A DNA stretch of 64,000 bases from Octopus vulgaris (taxonomy: Eukaryota), in NCBI GenBank assembly GCA_951406725.2, contig OX597833.1:42160001-42224000 (forward strand), read 5' to 3'. Position 1 is the stretch's first letter. Every line of letters starts with the position of its first letter. A program made the translations under genes and the position numbers. Below the pieces are notes generated by a model, which worked only from the letters and a program-made list of their open reading frames with translations, did no database searches and was not told the DNA's origin. Below, piece after piece: positions 13,020 through 26,054 of the stretch.

Positions 13020-14692
13020 TGCAGGAATGGCTGTGTGGTAAGTAGCTTGTTTAACAACCACATGGTTCTGGGTTCAGTCCCACTGTGTGGCACCTTGGGC
13101 AAGTGTATTACTCAGATTACTGACAGTGGCTCATGGGTGGATGTTGTCTACCTTGACTTTGCTAAGGCTTTCAACTCTGTGCCACACAAAAGGCTTATGG
13201 TGAAACTCTCTGCAATGGGTGTGGGGGATGACCTTTTTAACTGGTTGAAATCCTTCATCCTCAGCCGAAAGGAGGTAGTCACAGTTCTAGGACAGCACTT
13301 TACACCATATGAGATGTCATCGGGTGTACCACAGGGATCTGTCCTTGGCCCCCTCTTGTTTGTGGCATACATTAACGACATAGATGCCAATTTAAAGAAT
13401 GCCACAGTATTGAAATATGCAGACGACATCAAGCTGTACCTTGAAATCAAGAGGACAGATCCTGATGTCTACAACTCTTTCCTGCAATCAGACCTAGACA
13501 CAATGCAGCAATGGATCACAGACTGGCAACTGAAACTGGCTGTGGACAAGTGTACCACCATGCATTTTGGGAGAAAAAACCCTGCGTTCACATACTCCCT
13601 CCACAACACTGATATCAAGAAATCCTCTTGCGAGCGTGACCTAGGCATCACTGTCAGCAGTGATTTGCGTTGGTCAAAGCATATCTCTAAGATTGTCAGG
13701 AAGGCCGAGGGTGTCTTGGCATCACTCAGCAGGTCTTTTGTTAGCCGCTCTCCAGCCATCTATTTAAAACTGTATACAGCTATGGTACGACCACACTTGG
13801 AATTCGCATCATCAGTTTGGAACCCCTATCTTGCACAGAACATTGACCTCCTGGAATCTGTCCAGAGACGTGCAACCAAACGCATACCCTCCATCAGACA
13901 CCTACCATATTCTGAGCGCCTTGTTTCCCTGGGCATGGATTCACTGAAGCTCCGGCGTTTGGCGACGGACTTGGTAAACACCCACAAAGTTATCAACCAC
14001 CTCACCAACAACAACACTGAACACCTTTTTGATCTCCATGTGTCTAACACACGTGGACATGCCTACAAAGTCAGAAAACAATACAGCTCCCATGACTTTC
14101 GGAAACATTTTTTCACGCTCAGAGTTGCTGAAGCATGGAATAAACTGCCTGCGTCAGTTGTTGACTGCCATGACACTGCATCTTTTAAGGCCCTCATGCT
14201 TTCCGAAATCCGCCGAAACTTCACCTGATTATATATACACTTTAGATGAGTTGTAGTGCACCTGAGCACTGTACACAATTATTATTATTATTATTATTAT
14301 TATAGCTTCGGGCTGATCAGAAGGCGCACACTCTCCTACCCTGATGTAATCTCCAGGGATACCTGTCACCCAGCAACAGGACTTCCGTAATGCTATGATG
14401 GACCGTGAAGTCTGGCATAACATAGTAAATTCCATTGTCTTGACCACGGTCGAACAATGATGATGATGATGATATGTATATTTGTATGTATGTGTGTGTG
14501 TTTGTTCCCACCCAACATCACTTGACAATCAATGTTGGTGTGCTTACGTCCCTGTAACTTAGCGGTTTGGGAAAAGAGACCGATTAAATAAGTACTAGGG
14601 CTTACGAAGAATAAGTTCTGGGTTTGATTTGCTTGACTAAAGGCGGTGCTCTAGCATGACCGCAGTCAAATGTCTGAAACAAGTAAGAGAGT
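13020..14692 (+). mobile_element. tRNA-derived SINE (family A) split by CR1 and (GAT)n-tailed LINE insertions
   Basis: Head at 13020-13107 (TGGCTGTGTGG / GGTTCAGTCCC) resumes as TATAGCTTCGGGCTGA at ~14301. The 3' half lies at 14475-14692. Confidence 0.75.
13108..14302 (+). mobile_element. 5'-truncated CR1-type LINE with uninterrupted RT C-terminal ORF (stop at 14228)
   Basis: VYLDFAKAFNSVPH, SGVPQGSVLGPLLF, YADD, ERDLG, VRPHLEF..VWNPY, LESVQRRATK, FFTLRV..WNKLP. Short 3' UTR and (ATT)n tail. Confidence 0.93.
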
Positions 14693-14841
14693 ATGTGTAT
14701 ATATATATATATTTCAGCAGAAATTTTTAATGTAGTCATTGGTAATGGCCAGTCAGGGAGTTACCAAATACATGCACATATATGTATATATATATAGACA
14801 GATATCTTTTCTGTGTTTCAGCCCATAAACACATATATGTA

Positions 14842-16102
14842 CAGGGTGTGGAAGCAAAATTTACAATATTTTGAGGTAGGGATTGAAAGACAGTGTATGA
14901 CCAATTTGTTTATTGAAAGTCATGAGAATTTATTTGCCACATGAAAATTTACATAATAGAAAATGTTTTTATTCTATGTATCTTCCTTCTTTCTCAATAA
15001 CTGCCTTCACACGCTTCCTGAAACTTGCACACGTGTTCCTCAAATATCTGGGAGACAACTTCTCTCATTCTTCTTTAACAGTATCTTTAAGAGAGTCAAC
15101 GTTGCTGTGTGATGTTCTAAAATGCCCCAAATAGCATAATCCAGAGGGTTTAGATCTGGGCTAGAAGGCAGTCATAAACATGATTCCAAGAAATTGCTAA
15201 AGTTGGATTTGCAGAAATCTTGTATTTTTCTAGCTGTGTGGGCTGGAACCTCATCCTGTGTCCATTCATAATTACCATCTGGGTAGTTTGCTTTAAGCCA
15301 TGGCAATACCTGGTATCTCAGAGTCTTGTAGTAAGTATTAACATTGATCTTTTCATCAGCTTTGTAGAATTTTATAAGCATTTTCTTTCCATCGGAAGCC
15401 ACAACACCAAAAGCCATAACTTGAGCAGGATGTTTTGTTTTGAATGTCCCCTTAACCTCAGCTGTCGATTTTGCAGTAAATCTGTCATTTCTGTGGTTCA
15501 GAACAGCATCGACAGTGAAGATTGTTTCATCTGAAAAGATCGTTACAATGGAGGACTTTTTCTTGAACCATGTAATAATTTTCTTGCACCTTTCCAATCT
15601 CTTTTCCTTCATAACTGATGTCAACAAGTGTTTTGGTGTTTTAACCTCAAATCATATTTTATTGCATTTCTAATCATCTTGTTCTCCACCTCAAGTTCAA
15701 TTACCATTTTTATCATGGATTTGGTTGGAACCTTTAGAATTTGGGATTTGAGAGTTTTAATAAAAGCTTTTGTACGTTTTTTGTTGATTCCTCCGCTTCC
15801 AGACTTCCTCGTAATAGTTTTGCTCATAGTCATTCTATTCTTTACATTATAAACAGTTTTTATGGACACTCCAACTATTCTTGAAATCTCGTTTGGTGTG
15901 ACAGGTGCATTCAGCAAATCACACACTCTTTGACGTTTGCTTTCCTGATTACTCATATGGGCAAAAGTTTCTGAAAAGGTAAGGATAATAGTGTTAGGTA
16001 TGATTATGACATTAATATATGCTAGGTTTCAAAACAATTGACTTAGTGCCTGCTGAGAAAAAACAACTTAACGTTCATTGTAAATTTTGCTTCCCCACCC
16101 AG
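14842..16102 (-). mobile_element. Full-length but inactivated maT (DD37D) Tc1/mariner transposon
   Basis: 26-bp TIRs CAGGGTGTGGAAGCAAAATTTACAAT / CTGGGTGGGGAAGCAAAATTTACAAT with TA on both sides. HTH ORF 15621-15956 and catalytic ORF with IFSDE, WTQDEVPAH and (W>stop)LPSSPDLNPLDY; D2-D3 spacing is 37. Confidence 0.95.
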
Positions 16103-16169
16103 TATATATATATATAGATAGATATCTTTTATGTGTTTCAGCCCATAAACTGTAGCAATGCTGGAACCT

Positions 16170-16730
16170 CTTTCTTTAGTTGGCATTTGGTGAATGAGAG
16201 TTCTAAGTTAGTACCCTTAGTTATATTTCTTTACTACATAGACAGCTGTTTTGGAAATTGCAAATAGTAAAAAGTCCTGTTGCTTTCAGAAGATATCTAC
16301 ATCCACATCATATAAGTCTCCTAAGTTTTTGACTGTGAGCCTTTGAACCCTAAACTATTACAGTATTACAGTACCTGGTCCTCAATCTGGATGGTAACGA
16401 TGGAAACTTTAGTTCTATACAGTTGCGCCATGTTTGGGGATTAGTACAATTTTCAATGCCAAAGTTTGGTGCAAGACATTCAAGGATCTTCCAGACATAT
16501 ACTATTGCATATCATTCCTCTTTTTGCTCAAAAGAGTAGAGCCTTAACTTTTTCAGTCATTCTCAGTTGCTGATCTGCAGCATTGGAGCAATCATTTTCA
16601 TGTTGCAGTATTGAATTGCTTCAAGTTCTGACATTAATTTTACACTATAATTGGGAACCATGATCTAGATGGTCGAGGACAAATGTCCCCCAGAAGTCTA
16701 TCATGGTTTGCTGCCATCTTATTCTGAAAG
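16170..16730 (-). mobile_element. Old CR1/L2-group LINE 3' fragment
   Basis: Degenerate ELEAIQ...LKKLRLYSFEQ..YAIVYVWKILECLAPNFGI...NSLGFKGS on the minus strand. Confidence 0.65.
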
Positions 16731-16891
16731 TTGTAAGAATTAATTTGGCCAGCCACACACGCAAATGTCACTCTCTCTTTACACACACACACACACATAT
16801 ATGTGTGTGTGTGTTACCTATATGTTACACACACACACATATATATATGTGTGTGTGTGTTACCTATATGTTACACACATATATATATATA

Positions 16892-17250
16892 GGCGCATGA
16901 GTGGCTGTGTGGTAAGTAGCTTGCTTATCAACCACATGGTTCTGGGTTCAGTCCCACAGCGTGGCACCTTGGGCAAGTGTTTCTACTATAGCTTCATGCT
17001 GACCAAAGCCTTGTGAGTGGATTTGGTAGAGGGAAACTGAAAGAAGCCCATAGTATACATATATATATATGTTTGTGTGTCTGTGTTTGTCCCCCACCAA
17101 CATCGCTTGACAACCGATGCTGGTGTATTTGGCCAAAGACACAGCTAGAATAAGTACTATCTTACAAAGAATACGTCCTGGGGTTGATTTGCTTGACTAA
17201 AGGCAGTGCTCCAGCATGGCCACAGTCAAATGACTGAAACAAACAAAGCA
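16892..17250 (+). mobile_element. tRNA-derived SINE family A
   Basis: A/B boxes, CCTTGGGCAAGTG core, internal TA/TG tract, CAGTCAAATGACTGAAACAA end. Confidence 0.85.
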
Positions 17251-17934
17251 ATAAAATAATATATATATATTCTGTTGGAAGAAAGAGTACTCAATACCAT
17301 AAAAGAGATTAATAACATTTTTATTTTGGCTTAGTTACTTTCTTGCTCCTCTGGGTAGTTAGAGTAGCATGGGATCTCTAACTTCCAAGTTTTATTTATT
17401 TGAGTTCATGTCAGTTATCCATGGTGTTGATATGATTTATTAATATATTTGATTTGAAAGAGGTATTTACAGTGTGTATTGATAATTTAATTTTTATGAG
17501 GTTTTTTTCGTAAGTAAAAAAATAGTTTAAACGTTTACATAGGATCTTCAGACCGGTTTATACATGCACACACATATACATATACGGGAGTAGCTCACTG
17601 AGAAGATGACAAGTGACTGAAACAGCTTCAGAAGGTACATAAAGCTAAGTAAAATTATGGCCACCCATACATATGGGCATGTTCCTTATGGCCATGCCTC
17701 ACACTTCCTCTCTCAGCTGAGAGGTCGTTGCCTTGCAGGCTTGCAGGTGCTGGTGCCATGTAAAAAGCACATTTTTGGGGCATGAAAAAAGCACCTTTGC
17801 TAACTAGCCCCAGTGAAACTGTCCAACCCATGCTAACATGGGAAATGGACACTGAATGATGATAATTATATAGATACATAATTATCATCATCATTTAATG
17901 TTCATCCAACCCACTGGCATGGGTTCGATGGTTT

Positions 17935-18075
17935 TATTTTCTCTTATTCCTTTCTGTTGAAGAGCATAGGCTCGAAACATAAAAGACTTTTTCACTTTCC
18001 CAAGCATCAAACTAATACACCAGCTTGTTGTTCATACACCTGTTTCCGTCTTTTTTTTTCTATAAATTTCAACTA
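17935..18075 (+). mobile_element. Penelope-like terminal repeat with variant hammerhead-like motif (17950-17985)
   Basis: CTTT-CTGTTGAA-GAGC-ATAG-GCTC-GAAA-CA-TA-AAAG. Same family as 48900-49080. Confidence 0.6.
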
Positions 18076-18259
18076 TATAAATACACACACATAAATATAT
18101 GTAGGTGTTAGGAAAGGCATCCAGCTGTAGAAACCATGCCAAATCAGACTGGAGTCTGGTGCAGCTCTCCAGCTCTGATCAAGCCATCCAACCCATACCA
18201 CCATAGAGAACGGACATTAAATGATAATGATATATACATATAAATATATACTATTTATA

Positions 18260-18378
18260 TGATGAGTGCTCAGCATTTTAAAACTGTTGTAATACTTACA
18301 ACATTTAATAAAATGATGTAGTACGAAACGATCGTACCAAATTACCGGAGTCATTCTTGTTGCTTATTTTGCATATAA
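18260..18378 (+). ncRNA. Hammerhead-like motif with long stem II in a Penelope-like terminal repeat
   Basis: TGATGA-GTGCT..CATTTTA..TGTTGTAA/TTACAACA..TAAAATG..AGTAC-GAAA-CGATCG-TA-CCA. C3 is lost at the 5' junction. Confidence 0.6.
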
Positions 18379-18379
<1 letters not shown>

Positions 18380-18409
<30 letters not shown>

Positions 18410-18669
18410 TATATATATCTATGTATGTATATATGCATTTATATATGTATGCATAAACCAAGGGAGAGATAACTGAAGGAATTACTTGCCATTAGATAGC
18501 ATACATTCTATTTCTAGAACTATAAATCTTTGAATGGCAATGACCCTTAAGCTATACCGTCAGCCCTTGTGGACACGTCACAGCTCAATGATGTCTGTAT
18601 AGGCAATTATTTAAAAAATGTTCCTTGAAAGAAAAATACATACACACACATATTGGATATATAAACTTG

Positions 18670-18711
<42 letters not shown>

Positions 18712-20062
18712 CATGTATATATATATAGATGTATACGTATTTATGTATATATAAAAATATTTGTATGTATATATATATATATGCATGTATATGTCTATAT
18801 ATATGCATATATACGTAAATATACACACAGACATGTATCTCTCTCTCTATATATATATAGTATAATACATACATATAGAAATATGTGTATATATTATGCA
18901 TACACACACACACGTGTGAGTGCATAATATATATATATATATCTATACACATTATTCTATATATAGATATATGTACATATATACATATACACATTTATTT
19001 GTATATGTATGTGTATTGAACTATATAAATATGTGTATGTGTGTACTGAACTATATATATATGTGTAAGTGTGTGTGTATACATATGTATATGTTGTGGG
19101 TTATATAAGGCTTTGACATTAAGCTCACTGTGAAAGCCTCACTGAGTCACCAACAGTTCAAACCTAGCTCCCTTTTACTCTCTCTGGATGACCTCACCCA
19201 TTTTCGTTCTCGCTTTTTTTTTGTTGTTGTTGTCCTTTTCAATGCTTCTGAGCCAATCCTACTGGTGTATATATATATCAAGTTAGAAACGTAATAAAGG
19301 ATATTCGCATATCGAAAGAAAAGTCAGACGGCCAGGGAAATAGGTAAATAGCCAGACAAATAAACAAATAGATCATGTCGGAAAGTGTTGAATACATTCA
19401 CACTTATGTGTATTATATATATTACACACATACACATATATATATACATACACATATATGTATATATATACATATATGTATATGTGTATATATATATACA
19501 CATTCACACATATATATATATGTATATATATATACACACAGATAAGTATATATGTATTTGAACATAATCAGACTTATATGCGCTGTGTGTATAGTTTTCA
19601 TATACATACACATAAATATACATGTATGTATGTGAGTATATATATATATATACACACAAATACATAGAAGCATACTTGTATACATATATGTGTTCAACTA
19701 GCCACATGTATCTATACATATCCATCTCTAAATACATACATTTCTGTCTCTTGCATATATATATATGTATATACACACACATACATGCAGAGGGGCAAAT
19801 AGATAAGGACCCGGGCTGCTGTGTAGTGGTGAAAACTGAAGTGGATGGGTCGTCGGTTTCTGAAAAAAAAAAGAATCGATAATATTTGACCCAATACAAG
19901 ACTGATGGCTTGGACAGTAATGATGGTAGGAACTGTAAAAGGGGAAGCAGAACGAGAACGAAACCATTTACTCCTCGATAAATCCAACTACACAATTCCA
20001 TACTTATAGGAATGATAAACTCCTAAGTTTCCTAACCGGCGTGTGTCTGTGTGCGTGAGCAC

Positions 20063-20095
<33 letters not shown>

Positions 20096-20112
20096 CATAC
20101 ACACATATATAA

Positions 20113-20170
<58 letters not shown>
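18380..20170. repeat. Compound (TA)/(CA)/(TG) low-complexity tracts with short unique islands
   Basis: Directly visible; explains the I/Y/H/T-rich ORFs. Confidence 0.9.
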
Positions 20171-20173
<3 letters not shown>

Positions 20174-20379
20174 CTTGAAGGCTAATGTAGGTAGGTGCGT
20201 GTATGGCTTGTTCGCTATAAACTGTGATTATGCTTTTTTTTTTGATCCAATGACAAACTGGCGTACATTTACCGCCCGTTCATACCAGAAGGGGTCAGTC
20301 AACAAGACAGTGGAGCTGCTAGTTATTATTATTATTTTTTTTATATATATTATTATTCGTGTCCGTTTGGGCGACATTT

Positions 20380-21183
20380 AGATTGCACTGTCCATTTCAA
20401 TTTCCAGTCGACATATTCAGAAGAGTTTGTGTAGTGCCAGCCAAGCTTAAAAGACATTTAGGAAAAAACCAGCAGCGGCTCAGCTGATTGTGAATATTAC
20501 TTCTCTCTTTTATCACAGCAAAACTATCCGATCTGAATCACGTCTTAATTCCTCCCTCTCTGTCTCTTTCACTTTCTCTTCTCTCAATTTTTCGTTCAAT
20601 GTTTCTATCTCTCTCGGTTCTCTCCTCACCGCTTCGTCTCTCTTTCTCTCTATTATTGACTGGTTATTATTTAACGGTGTGTGTCTGTGTCATGAATGCC
20701 TTACCCACAATACATGTGGCCGTCGGCGCCGCAAAAACAAGAACAATAACAAAAGCGGTTGCAGAGAATATCAACAATCTTGGACATCGACCACGACACA
20801 TTACTACCACCACTACTACTACTACCCAACAACACCATACAGAATCTAACTTTCACCGACATTAAATGCCGACCACTACTACCCATTACTAACATAAGCA
20901 ACAACAATAACAACAGCAGCAGCAGCAGCAACAATAAGGAGTTCTATAAGCAGTAGCGGCAGCATTAGCATCAGCAGCAGCAGCATTAACATCAGCAGCA
21001 GCAGTCAGTCAGTCAGCTAACTACCACCACGACGATCACGACGACGACGAGTGCGACGGCAACCGCGGTAGAAGCGTCGGCGATTGCCGGATTCTACCGA
21101 AGTGGAACTGCACCAGTAATCGGTGCATCTGATTAGTCTCCGTAGTTGTCCGGACACTAAATAGCTGTATATTATTATTCAAA
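20380..21183 (+). promoter_or_regulatory. Candidate promoter / 5' UTR of a host gene
   Basis: Locally high CpG, no recognisable TE, CT-rich tracts and a CAG/CAA/CTA/GAC triplet mosaic leading to TCAAAATGG. Confidence 0.45.
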
Positions 21184-21259
21184 ATGGCCTCATCAACATC
21201 AGCAGCAGTAGCGGTGACGGCGACTGGCAGCAGGTCGGCCACTCCGAATGAAAAACAAG
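21184..21259 (+). CDS. Candidate first coding exon (or uORF) MASSTSAAVAVTATGSRSATPNEKQ, phase-1 donor
   Basis: Good start context AAAATGG after an in-frame upstream stop. Donor CAAG/GTAATG at 21260, followed by AT-rich intron-like sequence. No protein family recognised. Confidence 0.45.
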
Positions 21260-21586
21260 GTAATGATGCTTGGATGGCGGGGGGAAAAGATTTTTACATA
21301 TTCATATTTAGAGGTTTTAGCATAATATATGCCTTTATATTTACTTACCGCACACCAATCGGCTTTTAATGGGGGCGATTGGTTGTTGCTTCCCATCTTC
21401 ATTCACAACTATTTTTTTATCTTCAATTTATTTCGTTTTTCTTTGTTTTGTATGCTTATATATGTGTGTGTATGTATATTTTTACTAATCCCATAAATAT
21501 GATATTGTTTTCTTATAATTATTAATTTTTTTTACCCTTCTATATCTCACGCTTCGAAAACCATTTTAACTTTTCTCCCCCTATAT

Positions 21587-21635
<49 letters not shown>

Positions 21636-22379
21636 GTCTAGTACAGGTGTATATATATATTATGTTAAAATTTTCAAAAAGTAAACATTTTGCCTGCGAC
21701 TTTTCTTTTCTTTCTGTCTCCCTGTCCTGTTATTTACCTGAAGATATTTGTCTTTTATTTACCAAAACCGAACAAGTTTGTTGCAAGAAGAAAACAACAT
21801 ACAAGCAAAAAAAAAAAAGAAAGATAAGAAAGCAAAAGGAAACAAACAAAATATCATCTTTTCCCCGAAACTTGTCTAATATTTTTCTATTAAGTTTTCA
21901 GTACTTCACATTGAAGGTGTCTGTAGTCGGCAAGAGTGAGGAGGGGGGGATGTTAGGCAAGCACTTTGCCTAATTAACGTCCACTCTTCCTCACTTTGTC
22001 GTCCTAATTCCTGGCTGTAATACTACCTCTACATTGTTTAACTGACCGCAGTACCTACCTTCCTATCATTAGTTTATTCCCGTTTTCTTCTTTTCCTTTT
22101 GCTCTTTTTATTTTTTTCTTCTTCTTACCTTATTGTGTTTAACTAGTAAAAAAAAAAAAAAAACGGTCAAACTCTCCCCCACTTACGACTTGATGACATT
22201 CTTATATTTCATGTGTTTGCGTATATAATATAAAAAATGTATATAATGTTCGCCAACAGCAATTCCAGCTTCTGTGCATTGTTTACATATGAATATTATT
22301 ATGTTTACATAACAGTATTAGTTTTGTAATCTTTACATGTGATCAATATTACATTTGTAATATTTACATGTGAATGTAA

Positions 22380-22415
<36 letters not shown>

Positions 22416-22598
22416 CCATATGAATATGTATATGTGTACGTAATGAATATGTATTTTTACATACATATTCATTCGTAAACATTACATGTATGTTTACATA
22501 TGTATATATATTATAAATTGACGGTTAATTGTAATATATGTATATATATATATATTATAAATTGATGGTTCAATTTGCAATTTATATGTATGTATATA

Positions 22599-22633
<35 letters not shown>

Positions 22634-24194
22634 CATTGACGGTTAATTTTAATATAAACGATGTGTCTCATTAGAATAATGAGCTTGAGACTGAAAGTTA
22701 GTACTTATGTTCCAACCGCACAGACCAGCTGTATATATATATATGATGTACATACATGCTGAAAAACCTTTTTAAATATAACCCAAGAAATTGAATCAGT
22801 CCATTTCCCCTTATATGTTATATCATATTGGTCTGAAAACTACAACTCGGACCTAATTTTGTATAATCTTAATTTCTCAAATAATGACTTATGCTATGCC
22901 TAGATGTTGGCTCACAATGATATAGATTTAATACAATTGTCCATAGATGCTCACGTCCATTGTTTGTATTATACCCCCCTCTCCGCCCACAAATAATTTA
23001 TCTTCTTATCCGAGCACATGTATTTGGTACTGCATCCTATGGTTTCGCTGCATGTCGCATTGTGGATCTTCACTAACGCACTGACTACTTACGAACGTGC
23101 ATTGTTTAATATAAAGACGGTGTTCATAGTGTAAACAATCCACTGCACTGCACATGCTTTCTATTGCTCCACAACTGATTGGTCATAGATTTTCATTATT
23201 TATATTTAGAGGAAAAACATTAAAAAAAAAATTCTTTGACAAACAATAAAGAGAATGCGAGCGAGAAAGAGAGGGAGACGGACAAAGAGAGAAAAAATGT
23301 TTAGTTGTATTATATTGTATTATATTTAAACTATTTCTTGGTCATTGTTTAGTTTGTAGTCTGTAAATTGCTACCAACTTCTTGTTTTTAAGTTCAACCA
23401 GCCCAGCCAGACACTTAAGAGGCAGCTGCTAGGGTTTATTTATCTATATAACAAACCTGTTTGTTTAATAAAAGACTTGGCTGTGGGAATCATCGGAAAT
23501 ACTTCGCCGCATAACAATTGCTACGAGAGAGAGAAAGAAAAGCAAACAAAAGGAAACGTAACAGCAAAATTAATATTAGGAGACCGAACAAGATAATGAA
23601 GCGAATCTTAAACTAGTGTCGTTACTTGCACAAGTATACTTGTCCAGGCAAGTTATTATTTAGGACAAACCAGTGGTGGGTGACATTCCTATTTTGGTCG
23701 TGGCCAACAAATAAGTAGTTACAAGAATCATGAAGCCTGTTATAAATGATTTGATAATGTTCATAGGATGTACAACCTTTACCCCAAAAGGCAGTGCATA
23801 CACTGACCCGTTTTGGCGGGTAAGATTCTATTTGGTTTTAATAAGATTAGTTGGCCTGAGAGGAACTTCAGGATTTATGACTACAAACTTGAGAATGTGT
23901 ATAGGTTATTTAAATTTTATCTTACATAAATCATAGTTTATATAAAGTGTGTTTATACTGTTACTGTATGAGATCCTTTTCTCCAGCTCAATCAGGCAAA
24001 CTAGCTCCAGTTGGAGATAACAAAAGAATGGTCACACTCCTACATCATGGTTAAGTGATTAGTGGTAGGATGGGTATCCAGCTGTAAAGATAATTGATCC
24101 AACACATAATGGTGTCCGAAAATGTAGAAAAATTGACTTAATAAAACATTATGTATAAAGTACATATGAATATATCTGTAAACGTGTGTGTATA

Positions 24195-24235
<41 letters not shown>

Positions 24236-24344
24236 TTTATAATTAGGGTTCAGCAAAGATTTGCTTCACCACATACCGAAGTTTAGAAATAGCAGTAAAA
24301 AAATCTTAGCTATTCTTTACACACACACACACACATATATTCTT

Positions 24345-24700
24345 TCATACTTTTACTTGTTTCAGTCATTTTGACTGTGGAGCACAGCCTTTTAGTTGAA
24401 GAAATCGAACCCAGGATTTATTCTTTGTAAGCCTGTTACTTTTTCTATCGATTCTCTTTTGCCGAACTGCTAAGTTACAGGGACGTAAACACACCAAGAT
24501 CGGTTGTCAAGCAATGGTAGAAGGATAAACACAGACAAAAACACACAAATATATACATACATATATACGACAGGCTTTTTTCTGTTTCTGTCTACCAAAT
24601 CCACTCAGGAGGCTTTAGTTGATGCTATAGTTGAAAACACTTGTCCAAGGTGCCACACAGTGGAACTGAACTGCAACCAAATGGTTGGGAAGCAAGCTTC
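24345..24700 (-). mobile_element. SINE family A, head displaced to 26381-26404 by an insertion
   Basis: Stops at GGGAAGCAAGCTTC and resumes with TTACCACACAGCCAC at 26381. Confidence 0.75.
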
Positions 24701-26040
24701 CATATTTCTTTTAAATTACCATAGTGGCATTACATAGAGAGGAACACTACAACACATGTGGGGACAAAATATGATGCTATGAATGACACATGAATATGAA
24801 AAATGTTAAAATCAAAATATCAAAATAATGATACATGAATGATAACTTGAGAAATGAGTATATGAAAAGTGTGTTACTCACCCCACACTGAGTAACACCA
24901 CTCGCCACCTCTGAGTCCTCTTTAGTCTTTGATCTAGTCTTTCCTTTTTCCCCATCACTGAGTGACAACACTCTCCTCCATGTATCCGTAACCTTTTTCA
25001 CTGGGGGAGGGGTCTTGTAAATTTTGTGATGTCTGTTCTTTCTTCTCTTTTCCTGTGGGTTTGGTGTTTGTATGGGGAAGGTGGGTCTGAGTGGTCTTGG
25101 ATGGGATGGAGTTGGTCTGGGGTCCCACATCACACTGACTGTCCTTCCTCTTCTTTCTCTTTTTCCTTTTATTCTCTGTCACTGTCCATTCATCTTCCTT
25201 GTTCCTTCCATTTATCTGTACTTCTTCGTTTTTCTCCTCCATCTCCAGCACCACTTCTGTCATTTTCTTCTGTAGAGGGCAGTGAGCTCTAATGTGGCCT
25301 TTTTGGGCACATTTAAAGCATTGCGGAGCTCTGCCCTCTACCCATACTCTCAATACTATTTCTCCCAACATCACCATCTCCGCCAAATTTTCCAGGTGCT
25401 TCGCCTCCGCTTGTATGATGATTTCCAATGTTTTTTCTCTATATCCTCCTTCCTCACTACCAGCCAGCATGGCTGCCACAACCCAAGCCACTTCTATATC
25501 GGGTGGGATTCCTTCTGCCCTCACCTTAGAAGTCTTTCTTCCAAGGTATATGGGTAGAAGTACTACTTCCTCCATTCTCACCATTGTACTCGCCAGCCTC
25601 TTTGCTTCCTCCGCTGTCCTAAACTGGACAACCACTGTCCCATATCCATTTCTTTTGCTATATATGTCACTTCCTTCAAAAGCCCCTTCAATGCTTTTTC
25701 TACTTTTTCTATCTCTATCCGCTCCACCTTGCTACCCTCTACTGAGTACACCTTGTAGGTAATGATCTTCTTTTCCATATTTATCAAAACCCTTTTTAGG
25801 GGTATTAACTTTACATCACTGCCCACCATCTGTATCATCTTACACAGCTCCTTCAGCCCGGCTAGGTCAACTTCCCTCTTCGTCAGCTCTGCAGTCTCAG
25901 CAAAATTTTTTACACTTTGCTCTTTCCAAATGCTCATCCATTCTATTTACTGCCTTAACGAGCTCCTCCTCCGCTGAGGACAGCTCATACTCACTAAGGT
26001 CTGAATACATTCCTTTCCACCGGTACAACACTCACCAAGC
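24701..26040 (-). mobile_element. ORF1/gag-like non-LTR element (Tx1/L1-type ORF1) with CCHC zinc knuckle, no ORF2 seen
   Basis: Overlapping ORFs 25578-25937 and 24955-25635 (one frameshift). VWVEGRAPQCFKCAQKGHIRAHCP is a CX2CX4HX4C knuckle, followed by a basic WTVTENKRKKRKK segment. Confidence 0.75.
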
Positions 26041-26054
26041 AGCTCAAAAGATTC

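Noticed and set aside
13148-14278. Minus-strand ORFs over the CR1 RT
   Set aside because: Antisense shadows of the + strand RT frame.
17520-17635. CTGAAGA..AAACGTT (minus) and ..GAAACAGCT (plus) hammerhead-like fragments
   Set aside because: Too degenerate to assign stems; not counted.
18607-20381. Many I/Y/C/V/H/T-rich ORFs
   Set aside because: Translations of (TA)n, (TG)n and (CA)n microsatellites.
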